NCBI GenBank assembly: GCA_944384585.1
Contig: CALWTY010000003.1
Span: 16,499 to 80,498, forward strand
DNA from: an uncultured Clostridia bacterium
GTDB lineage: Bacteria > Bacillota > Clostridia > Oscillospirales > CAG-272
DNA: 64,000 nt
Reading direction: 5' to 3'
Both the position numbers and the translations under genes were made by a program. Positions 57,104 to 64,000 of the stretch are shown here, piece after piece (position 1 is the stretch's first letter; the number at the start of each line of letters is the position of its first letter). The notes beneath the pieces are model-generated. The model had not been told where the DNA came from, ran no database searches, and worked only from the letters and a program-made list of their open reading frames with translations.

Positions 57104-57761
57104 CAAACTCGTATCCCTGCTCCAGCAGCTTCGGAATAAAGATACGAAGCGCGTCCGGCGTGCTGCTTTTTCCCGATACATAGTCATGGCAGAGGATGAT
57201 CGCCCCCGACGAGACGTTTTGCAGTACGGTATCCGCGATGCTTTCGGCGGACGGCAGCTTCCAATCCGTTGTATCCACGGTCCAGAGCACCGGGATATAA
57301 TCCAATCTGTCAAGTGTCCTTGAAACGGTGAGCGAGTAGACGCCCTCCGGCGGTCGGAAGAGCTTCGGGCGATATTCCCCCAGCTCGAACAGAATATTTT
57401 CCGTCATAATAATCTCATTCAAAAGCAACTCCGCCCGAATCCCCTTGAGATGAGGGTGGGAATAGGTGTGATTGCCCAGCTCATGCCCCGCGCCGATTTC
57501 CCGCTCCGCGATCGAGCGATTCCTCTCGCAGTTGCTTCCGACCACGAAGAAGGTCGCCTTGACGCCGTACTCCTCCAGAATATCCAGAATTTCCGGCGTA
57601 TAGCGTTCGTGCGGGCCGTCATCGAAGGTCAGCGCGATCTTCATCGAGGCGTTCTCATGCCTGCGGCAGGGCTTGCGAAGCTCCGCTCTCGCCGGAACCG
57701 ACGGCAGGCCGAGCAGGACGAAGGAGCAGATCAGCGTCTTAAGCGTTTTCGGTAAGCTCAT
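57072..57761 (-). CDS. Polysaccharide deacetylase (NodB domain), secreted
   Basis: Signal peptide, then IALTFDDGPH..ATFFVVG..GNHTYSHP. Confidence 0.88.
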   Translation of the reverse strand: MSLPKTLKTLICSFVLLGLPSVPARAELRKPCRRHENASMKIALTFDDGPHERYTPEILDILEEYGVKATFFVVGSNCERNRSIAEREIGAGHELGNHTYSHPHLKGIRAELLLNEIIMTENILFELGEYRPKLFRPPEGVYSLTVSRTLDRLDYIPVLWTVDTTDWKLPSAESIADTVLQNVSSGAIILCHDYVSGKSSTPDALRIFIPKLLEQGYEFVTVSELLMSE

Positions 57762-58542
57762 ACAGCGTCCCGAAGCGATATCCCTGCTTCTCCCATTCGG
57801 TCAGCAGCTGATCGAGGATCGCGGCGTTGGTCGCGGAGGTGGGATGGAGCAGGATCACCTCTCCGTTGTGCGTGTGGGAGAGAACCTTCTTCAGCGCCTT
57901 GTCATGACTCATCTGACGACTGTTGTCCCAATCGGCGTAGGCAAAGCTCCAGAAAATCGTCTTGTACCCGCAGTCGGCGGCGCACTTCAGATTCCGTTCG
58001 CTGAACCTCCCCTCCGGCGGGCGGTAGAAGGGCGCGGGATCGCATCCGCAGTATTCCCGCAGAATTGCGGCGAGGGCATCCAGCTCCGCTTTGAATTTTG
58101 CGGGGTCTGTGATTTTGGTCATATCGTGATGCTGATCGGTGTGGTTGCAGACGAGATGCCCTTCATCGAGCATCCGCCTGACCAGCGCGGTATCACGCCT
58201 GATCAGATTCCCAAGCACGAAGAACGCGCCCTTGGCTTCGTGCTTCTTCAGCACGTCGAGGATTTTGGCTATATTTCCGTTTTCATATCCCGCATCAAAG
58301 GTGAGATAGAGGACGGGATCGTCCTCCGTCGCCTTTTCGTCGAGATAATACCCTCCGTTTCCGACCATAAAGGAAAATTCGGAGGGAAGCTCAGGCGGCG
58401 TGTGACTGTCGTTGTTTTTGCAATACCAGCTGTAGCCTGCGGTCTCGGTATGATGAAAAGAAGAGATTGCCTCTTCGGCATGACCCGGCGTCGATACTGC
58501 AAGCAACGACAGAACAGCCGCCGTCCATACCTTGAACTTCAT
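57739..58542 (-). CDS. pdaA: Polysaccharide deacetylase, PdaA-like (delta-lactam biosynthetic de-N-acetylase type)
   Basis: Signal peptide, then YLTFDAGYENGNIAKILDVLKKHEAKGAFFVLG..CNHTDQHHDM. Confidence 0.7.
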   Translation of the reverse strand: MKFKVWTAAVLSLLAVSTPGHAEEAISSFHHTETAGYSWYCKNNDSHTPPELPSEFSFMVGNGGYYLDEKATEDDPVLYLTFDAGYENGNIAKILDVLKKHEAKGAFFVLGNLIRRDTALVRRMLDEGHLVCNHTDQHHDMTKITDPAKFKAELDALAAILREYCGCDPAPFYRPPEGRFSERNLKCAADCGYKTIFWSFAYADWDNSRQMSHDKALKKVLSHTHNGEVILLHPTSATNAAILDQLLTEWEKQGYRFGTLYELTENA

Positions 58543-58698
58543 GACTGATCCCCTTGCTTTCCGTTTTGCGGTTTTTTCAACCGCACTTCTATTGTGTGCA
58601 GGATGTCACGGTTCATGCCTGAAGGTTTTTGCCATTTCCGTCGTTTTTTTCAATCAAACCGACCGACGCGGATCCCGCTTCGGCACGAGGTCATCAAG

Positions 58699-59190
58699 AT
58701 GCCTGTCCTCTCTCTTCCCCCGGTCTTCACAGACCGCTCCGAAAAACTGATCCTCGGCAGCTTCCCATCCGTCAGATCAAGGGAAGTCGGCTTTTATTAC
58801 GGCCATCCCCGCAATCGCTTCTGGCCGCTCATGGCGGCGCTCTTCTCCTCTCCGCTCCCCGGGACAACGGAGGAAAAGCGCCTGCTGCTGGAACGCAATC
58901 GTCTTGCGCTATGGGATGTGACCGCCTCCTGCGAGATCACGGGGAGCGCCGACAGCTCCATCCGAAGCGTTATCCCGAACGAGATCGCAGGCCTGCTCAA
59001 CGCCGCGCCGTTCAAGGCCGTTTATCTCAACGGAAAGACCGCAGAGCGGCTGTGGCTCCGCTTTTGTGCGCCGACGCTTCCCCGGACGCTGCCGGTAAGA
59101 GTCCTGCCCTCCACCAGCCCTGCCAACGCCTCCTTCTCTTTTGAGGCGCTTCTTGCCGCGTGGCGCTGTCTGACCGAGGATATTTGTTAA
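58699..59190 (+). CDS. DNA-deoxyinosine (hypoxanthine) glycosylase, UDG superfamily
   Basis: ..KLILGSFPSVRSREVGFYYGHPRNRFWPLM..LWDV..PSTSPAN... ATG at 58699. Confidence 0.75.
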   Translation: MPVLSLPPVFTDRSEKLILGSFPSVRSREVGFYYGHPRNRFWPLMAALFSSPLPGTTEEKRLLLERNRLALWDVTASCEITGSADSSIRSVIPNEIAGLLNAAPFKAVYLNGKTAERLWLRFCAPTLPRTLPVRVLPSTSPANASFSFEALLAAWRCLTEDIC

Positions 59191-59216
59191 TTAAATGTAA
59201 ATATTTGCGTTTTCCC

Positions 59217-59245
59217 TTGCCCGACGGAAATCGGTATGGTATAAT
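59217..59245 (+). promoter_or_regulatory. Sigma-A type promoter (extended -10) for rplS
   Basis: TTGCCC (59217-59222), a 17-nt spacer ending TGg, then TATAAT (59240-59245). Confidence 0.65.
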
Positions 59246-59316
59246 ACTGGGGTCAGTATATGGGCGGTCCTCTGCTATGCTCTGCACGAACGTCCGGATA
59301 AAGGAGGAGCCATCAC

Positions 59317-59658
59317 ATGGATATGATCAAGGCTTTTACAAATGAGCAGCTGAAGAAGGACGTTCCCTCGTTCAACATCGGAAACGATGTAAAGGTTTAC
59401 TGCCGCATCGTCGAGGGCGAGCGCACCCGTACTCAGATTTTTGAGGGAACCGTCATCGCCAAGAACGGCGGCGGCATTTCCGAAACCTTTACCGTCAGAC
59501 GTATTTCTTACGGTGTGGGTGTTGAGAAGACCTTCCCGCTTCATTCCCCGAATGTCGAAAAGGTCGTTGTCACGAGAATCGGAAAGGTAAGACGCGCCAA
59601 GCTCTATTACCTGCGTGACAGAGTCGGCAAGAGCTCCAAGGTCAAGGAGATCATCTGA
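59317..59658 (+). CDS. rplS: 50S ribosomal protein L19
   Basis: 113 aa. ..[44 protein letters not shown]... RBS AAAGGAGGAG. Confidence 0.97.
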   Translation: MDMIKAFTNEQLKKDVPSFNIGNDVKVYCRIVEGERTRTQIFEGTVIAKNGGGISETFTVRRISYGVGVEKTFPLHSPNVEKVVVTRIGKVRRAKLYYLRDRVGKSSKVKEII

Positions 59659-59723
59659 GCGATTGTCGGAAAACCGCGGAAAACGGCAGCGCCCCTTCCA
59701 AGGAACGCGCTGCTCTTCGGTCG

Positions 59724-59760
59724 GAGACAGACGAAACGTCCGTCTGTCTCTTCTCTTTTT
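59724..59760 (+). terminator. Rho-independent terminator
   Basis: Stem gagacagacg/cgtctgtctc, then TTCTCTTTTT. Confidence 0.85.
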
Positions 59761-59823
59761 GACCCGGCGCAGGGGAGAATATTAAAGTTATTGAAAAAAA
59801 CAGGAAAAAGAATCAAATCCCCC

Positions 59824-59852
59824 TTTACAAACAAGTGAAGATATGATATACT
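59824..59852 (+). promoter_or_regulatory. Sigma-A type promoter (extended -10)
   Basis: TTTACA (59824-59829), a 17-nt spacer ending TGa, then TATACT (59847-59852). Confidence 0.65.
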
Positions 59853-59903
59853 GTCAAGAGTAAGTTCACTCATTTAAACAAATATATTTTGGGGGATATC
59901 TCT

Positions 59904-60446
59904 ATGTTTTGTCAACATTGCGGAACACAAAATCCGGACAACAGTAGCTGCTGCTCCAACTGCGGCGCTCCTCTCCACGGCGGCAACGGTCAGGGACCGT
60001 GCTGCCCGAACTGCGGCACCCCGATTCCGAACGGCGTACAGTACTGCCCGAATTGCGGCAAACCTTTGAACGCCAATCAGCCTCCGATTGGACAGAACCC
60101 CTCTGCCTTTACGCGGAGCATCCCGCTCTGCATCGTTCTCTCGATCGTCACCTGCGGCATTTACGGGCTGTACTGGCTGTATTCCCTTGCCAATGACCTG
60201 AACAACGCTTCCGCCGAGCAGAATCCTACAAGCGGCGGGATGGTCGTCCTCATCAGCCTGGTCACCTGCAACTTCTACCTCTATTATTGGATGTACAAAG
60301 CCGGACAGCAGGTCGTGCGCGCTAAGCAAATGCGTGGTCTTCCCGCCGATTCCAACTCCTCGATCCTGTATCTGATCCTCACATTTTTCGGGCTCGGCTT
60401 CATTTCCTATGCCCTGATCCAGAATGAGCTCAATCAGATGGCTTGA
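59904..60446 (+). CDS. Double zinc-ribbon + DUF4234-like membrane protein
   Basis: MFCQHCG..CSNCG..CPNCG..CPNCG, then ..SIVTCGIYGLYWLY..LVTCNFYLYYWMYK... RBS GGGGGA. Confidence 0.75.
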   Translation: MFCQHCGTQNPDNSSCCSNCGAPLHGGNGQGPCCPNCGTPIPNGVQYCPNCGKPLNANQPPIGQNPSAFTRSIPLCIVLSIVTCGIYGLYWLYSLANDLNNASAEQNPTSGGMVVLISLVTCNFYLYYWMYKAGQQVVRAKQMRGLPADSNSSILYLILTFFGLGFISYALIQNELNQMA

Positions 60447-60825
60447 CGACGAAAAGCGCCGGCGGCTGACCCGAGTCGGGTCGGTCGTCGGCATCCTTTT
60501 GTCGCTCGGCGGGATCTATGCGGCCTGGCTCTTCTGCGGAGGCACGCCGATCCCCTGTCTTTTTCATCTGTTCACCGGACTGAAGTGCCCCGGCTGCGGC
60601 GTCACCGCCATGTGCATGGCGCTGCTCCGCCTTGATTTCTCGGCGGCATGGCGCGCCAATCCCTGCCTGCTCTGTCTGCTTCCGATCGGCGCCGTTGTCG
60701 GCGTCCGGATGCTGTGGCGCTTTATCAGGACGGGAACAAAGCAGCCCGAGAAGTGGGTCTCGGTCTTGATCGTGCTGATGATTGCTGCGCTTCTGATCTT
60801 TTCTCTTCTGCGGAATCTCCTCTGA
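60424..60825 (+). CDS. DUF2752-like membrane protein
   Basis: ..CLFHLFTGLKCPGCGVTAMCMALLRLDF... Overlaps the upstream gene by 23 nt. Confidence 0.7.
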   Translation: MSSIRWLDDEKRRRLTRVGSVVGILLSLGGIYAAWLFCGGTPIPCLFHLFTGLKCPGCGVTAMCMALLRLDFSAAWRANPCLLCLLPIGAVVGVRMLWRFIRTGTKQPEKWVSVLIVLMIAALLIFSLLRNLL

Positions 60826-60883
60826 CGCTCATTACTGCCAAATCCCGATCGGAGGGCGCAGATCGCAGAGCGGAGGCTCCTCC

Positions 60884-61699
60884 TCACGATTGGGGGGCAA
60901 AATACCGTTCCGCCGCCCTCCCAAACCACGCCTCAAACCTTGCGGCGGCAAGACGAGAGGCGGCGCGCCACGGCATCAGCATATCGAACGCATGGTACAG
61001 CCCCGGATAGCAATCCAGCTCCGCCTCCACCCCTGCCCGCTTCAGCGCCGTGACAAAGGAGACGGTCTCGGCATAAAAAGGCTCTGCGGTGCAGACGAAG
61101 GTATAGGCAGGGGGAAGTCCCGCATAATTGATTCTCGCCGCAGGCGAGGCATAGCATGGCGGCTCTCCCGTAAGACCCCGCAGGTATTTTCTCCATGCCG
61201 CACGATTCCGCCGCGTGTTCCAGACCGGCGAACGGTTGTCTCGTGAGGTCTCGGTCTCTTTACAATCGAGTATCGGATACAAGGGCATCTGGCAGGCGAT
61301 CTTCACGCCGCCGATGTCCTTTTCGTACATACAGAGCGCCGCGGTGAGCCCCCCTCCCGCGCTCTCTCCGCCGACCATAAGCTGATCGCTCCTCACGCCG
61401 AGCGCCTCCGCATGATCCCGAAGATAGCAGAGCGCCGCGTGACAATCCTCCAGCGCCGCAGGATAGGGGGCTGTTCCCGCCCTCCGGTAGGCGGGGGAGA
61501 CCACGACAGCGCCGTATTTTCCGACAAGCGGCGCGGCGCGGGAGAAATGCACCATCTCCGCCATCCCCGTCACATAGCCTCCGCCGTGAATCCAGAGGAT
61601 ACCGGGACGACGCTCCGCTTTTCCGCGGGGCGTCAGAATCAGCAGCTTCAGGCGTCCTCCCGCGGTGTCGATCCGGATTGTTTCGGTACGGTATTTCAT
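60884..61699 (-). CDS. Alpha/beta hydrolase, HSL/Abhydrolase_3-type esterase
   Basis: Oxyanion motif WIHGGGY and nucleophile elbow GESAGG. Confidence 0.85.
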   Translation of the reverse strand: MKYRTETIRIDTAGGRLKLLILTPRGKAERRPGILWIHGGGYVTGMAEMVHFSRAAPLVGKYGAVVVSPAYRRAGTAPYPAALEDCHAALCYLRDHAEALGVRSDQLMVGGESAGGGLTAALCMYEKDIGGVKIACQMPLYPILDCKETETSRDNRSPVWNTRRNRAAWRKYLRGLTGEPPCYASPAARINYAGLPPAYTFVCTAEPFYAETVSFVTALKRAGVEAELDCYPGLYHAFDMLMPWRAASRLAAARFEAWFGRAAERYFAPQS

Positions 61700-61865
61700 G
61701 ATCGGTCATCCTTATTTCCGAAGATCCGGCGATTCGCTTCCGCCGATCGCCGCTCATCTGTCATTATACCGCATTCCGACGCAAATTGCAAGGGGAGGCG
61801 CTTCCCGGATAATTGAATCGTGATATATGGAGGCGTAAGCCTCCTTTTTGCTCGTGCCCCCGCGC

Positions 61866-62762
61866 TTATGCCCTTTTCCGGTTCTGCTGATAGAGATCGA
61901 CGATCTCGCGGATGATTTCGGGATGGGCGAAATCCTTGTTATAGGCAATGTTCATCTCCCGCATCATACTGAGGTTTTCCACCGGCAGAATCGTGAGCTT
62001 ACCCTTTATCACGTCACGGATACAGGCGCTTCTCGGCAGGACGGAGACACCGAGATCCTTCCGCACCAGCTCCTTGATCGTCGCAACATTGTCGACCTCA
62101 AGTGAGACGTTGAAGTTTTCGATCGATTCGTTCATGCTGATCAGCGTCGCCTCGAAAAGCTGTCTTGTCGCGGAGGAGGGGAGGCGCAGGATCATATTCT
62201 CCCGCTTCAGCTCGTTCAGCGTCACCATCGACCTCGATGCAAGCGGGTTCTCATTGCACAGCACGCAGACAAGGTAATCGGTATCCATCATCAGATAATT
62301 CAGACGGGAGGAGACTCTCCTCCCCTCCACCACGGCGATATCCAGCTCATAATTCTCCAGCATATCATAAAGATTATTGATCGTATCGGTAATTATCATG
62401 ATATTGATATGGCTGTGCTGATTGACGTAGCGCGCCAGCACCTCCGAGATGGTATTGTTTTCGGAGGTATGGGTAATCCCGATGCGGAATCGGGAAACAT
62501 GACGCTGCTCGTCGGCGATCTCGGTTAGCATCTTCCCGTGCAGCGCCTTGAGTCTTCTGGCATAGGTCACGGCGATTTCCCCTTCCGGCGTCAGGCGGAA
62601 CTCCCCCTTCCCCCGCAAAAACAGCTTCGCGCCGCACTCCCGTTCAAGAAGATTGATATGATTGCTCACTGCCGGCTGGGTCAGCGAAAGGATCTCGGCA
62701 GCACGGGTAAAATTCCGATGCTCCGCGACGGCCAGCAGGGTTTCGAGCTTTACATCCAGCAT
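61866..62762 (-). CDS. LysR family transcriptional regulator
   Basis: MLDVKLETLLAVAEHRNFTRAAEILSLTQPAVSNHINLLE. RBS GGAGG precedes the ATG at 62762. Confidence 0.9.
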   Translation of the reverse strand: MLDVKLETLLAVAEHRNFTRAAEILSLTQPAVSNHINLLERECGAKLFLRGKGEFRLTPEGEIAVTYARRLKALHGKMLTEIADEQRHVSRFRIGITHTSENNTISEVLARYVNQHSHINIMIITDTINNLYDMLENYELDIAVVEGRRVSSRLNYLMMDTDYLVCVLCNENPLASRSMVTLNELKRENMILRLPSSATRQLFEATLISMNESIENFNVSLEVDNVATIKELVRKDLGVSVLPRSACIRDVIKGKLTILPVENLSMMREMNIAYNKDFAHPEIIREIVDLYQQNRKRA

Positions 62763-62904
62763 GATGGAGGACCTCCGATAAGAAATATTGATACATCCCA
62801 AAATAATCATAAATTGACATTATAGCAAGAACAGTATATCATATATCAAAAGAAAATGCAATAGAGAAACGTCCGTCAGTTCATTTTCGGGGAGGATCGT
62901 TTCA

Positions 62905-64000
62905 TTGTTCGATGCCTTATATGAAAAAATCGGCGAGCAGTCGAGCGCAGCCGTCATCCTGTCGGTCGCCGTCATGCTGTTAAGCGGCTTTCTGATGACC
63001 AGACTCACAAAGAAGCTGCGCCTGCCGAATGTCACCGCCTATATCGTCGCGGGGATTCTGATCGGCCCGTTCTGTCTCGATCTGGTCCCGAAAGGGATCA
63101 TCGACGGCACGGGATTCCTTGCCGATATCGCCCTCGCCTTCATCGCCTTCGGCACGGGGGAATTTTTCCGCCTTCCGAAGCTCAAAACCAGCGCAGGCCG
63201 CGTCATTGCGATCACGCTGGCGGAAGCACTTGCCGCCTCGCTCTGCGTCTTTGTCGTCACCCGCTTCCTTCTCCGCCTCGATCTTGCCTTCTCGATCGTG
63301 CTGGCTGCGCTGGCCTCCGCGACAGCCCCCGCCTCCACGATGATGACCATCCGGCAGACCGGCTCCAAGGGCGATTTTGTCGACACCCTCCTCCAGGTGG
63401 TCGCCTATGACGATATTGTCGCGCTGCTCGCCTACAGCGCCGCGATCTCGGTAGCGCTCTCCGCCTCGGCAGGGGAAGCCTTCCGTCTCTCCACGCTGCT
63501 CCCGCCGATCCTGTCGAATCTCGGCGTTCTGGCGCTTGGAGGCGTATTCGGGGTGATCATGAAGCTCCTGATCCATCGCAAGCGCTCGACCGACAACCGT
63601 CTGATCATCTCGGTCGCTCTGCTCTTCGCCTTCTGCGGTGTCTGCGCCGCCCTCGGGATCTCGCCGCTGCTCGGCTGTATGTCGATGGGGACCGTCTATG
63701 TCAATATCGCGGAGGACGACAAGCTCTTCAAGCAGCTCAACTATTTCAGCCCCCCGATCCTCCTGCTCTTTTTTGTCCGTTCCGGGCTGTCCTTTGACCT
63801 CAATGCATTGATCAGACCCACCGGCGCAGTGGGAAGCGTTCCGCTCCTTACCATAGGCCTGCTCTACTTCCTTGCGCGGATCATCGGCAAGTATGCCGGG
63901 GCGTTTCTCGGATGCCTGGCGGTCAGAAAGTCTGCCGCGACCCGGAATTATCTCGGACTCGCCCTGATCCCGCAGGCGGGCGTCGCCATCGGCCTTGCCG
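62905..64000 (+). CDS. Cation:proton antiporter (CPA/Kef-type Na+/H+ exchanger family), 3' end outside the window
   Basis: Not in the ORF track because there is no stop within the window. My manual translation from the TTG at 62905 (RBS GGGGAGGA) reads FDALYEKIGEQSSAAVILSVAVMLLSGFLMTRLTKKLRLPNVTAYIVAGILIGPFCL..LASATAPASTMMTIRQ... Confidence 0.75.
   Translation, partial: MFDALYEKIGEQSSAAVILSVAVMLLSGFLMTRLTKKLRLPNVTAYIVAGILIGPFCLDLVPKGIIDGTGFLADIALAFIAFGTGEFFRLPKLKTSAGRVIAITLAEALAASLCVFVVTRFLLRLDLAFSIVLAALASATAPASTMMTIRQTGSKGDFVDTLLQVVAYDDIVALLAYSAAISVALSASAGEAFRLSTLLPPILSNLGVLALGGVFGVIMKLLIHRKRSTDNRLIISVALLFAFCGVCAALGISPLLGCMSMGTVYVNIAEDDKLFKQLNYFSPPILLLFFVRSGLSFDLNALIRPTGAVGSVPLLTIGLLYFLARIIGKYAGAFLGCLAVRKSAATRNYLGLALIPQAGVAIGLA

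Noticed and set aside
59246-59316. Possible L19 ribosomal-protein leader upstream of rplS.
   Set aside because: The leader is only about 70 nt and I cannot recall the Rfam consensus well enough to match it. It needs cmscan.
1-64000. Prophage, transposon, integron, CRISPR-cas, toxin-antitoxin, tRNA or rRNA content.
   Set aside because: I saw no integrase, transposase, recombinase, Cas, capsid or terminase-like translation in any listed ORF, no repeat-spacer pattern, and no intergenic segment with tRNA-like cloverleaf arms. AT-rich islands coincide with ordinary promoter regions.

Overview
GC-rich Firmicutes/Clostridia-type chromosomal segment. I cannot verify the taxon. Spore-cortex genes (LysM-GH18 YaaH/SleL-like, PdaA-like deacetylase) point to a spore former. 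I support about 57 protein-coding genes or gene remnants. I saw no rRNA, tRNA, CRISPR array, transposase, integrase or phage module.

Gene blocks in order:
- 1-4.4 kb: M23 peptidase (partial), DUF4432, and a frameshifted SPFH gene.
- 4.5-9 kb: anaerobic ribonucleotide reductase module nrdG, nrdD and a TrxR-like flavoprotein.
- 9-18.3 kb: pectin/rhamnose locus with an SGNH esterase, GH28 and MFS remnants, rhaM, an RhaE-type aldolase, a PHP protein, rhaA, rhaB, and a divergent AraC regulator.
- 19-21.7 kb: LacI regulator with a FucI-family isomerase.
- 21.8-23.9 kb: EF-G paralogue.
- 24-25.5 kb: LysM-GH18.
- 25.6-30.2 kb: sbcCD and a TIGR00266 protein.
- 30.4-35.4 kb: transaldolase, M23 peptidase, mntP and GTP-type PEP carboxykinase.
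- 35.9-37.4 kb: MFS-like membrane protein plus a small anchored protein.
- 37.5-52.5 kb: one 15-kb minus-strand array, ruvC-ruvA-ruvB-glmM-methyltransferase-ecfA1-ecfA2-ecfT-truA-hypothetical-cvpA-clpE-P-type-ATPase-like.
- 53-64 kb: yfhO, ComEC-like MBL, two polysaccharide deacetylases, a deoxyinosine glycosylase, rplS, Zn-ribbon membrane proteins, an esterase, LysR and a partial cation/H+ antiporter.

Many near-perfect TTGACA-17-TATAAT promoters and GC-rich hairpin terminators are readable directly.

I found no clear multi-gene novel system. The most unusual items are:
1. An intact 944-aa P-type ATPase homologue in which every catalytic signature I can align is replaced.
2. A class III RNR fused to a CxxC redoxin domain, next to a TrxR homologue that lacks the NADPH-binding arginines.
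3. A head-to-head junction of 5'-truncated GH28 and MFS genes.
4. A PHP-domain protein embedded in the rhamnose operon.
5. A consensus promoter with a leader of about 200 nt that I could not classify.

All family assignments come from motif recognition by eye. No searches were run.
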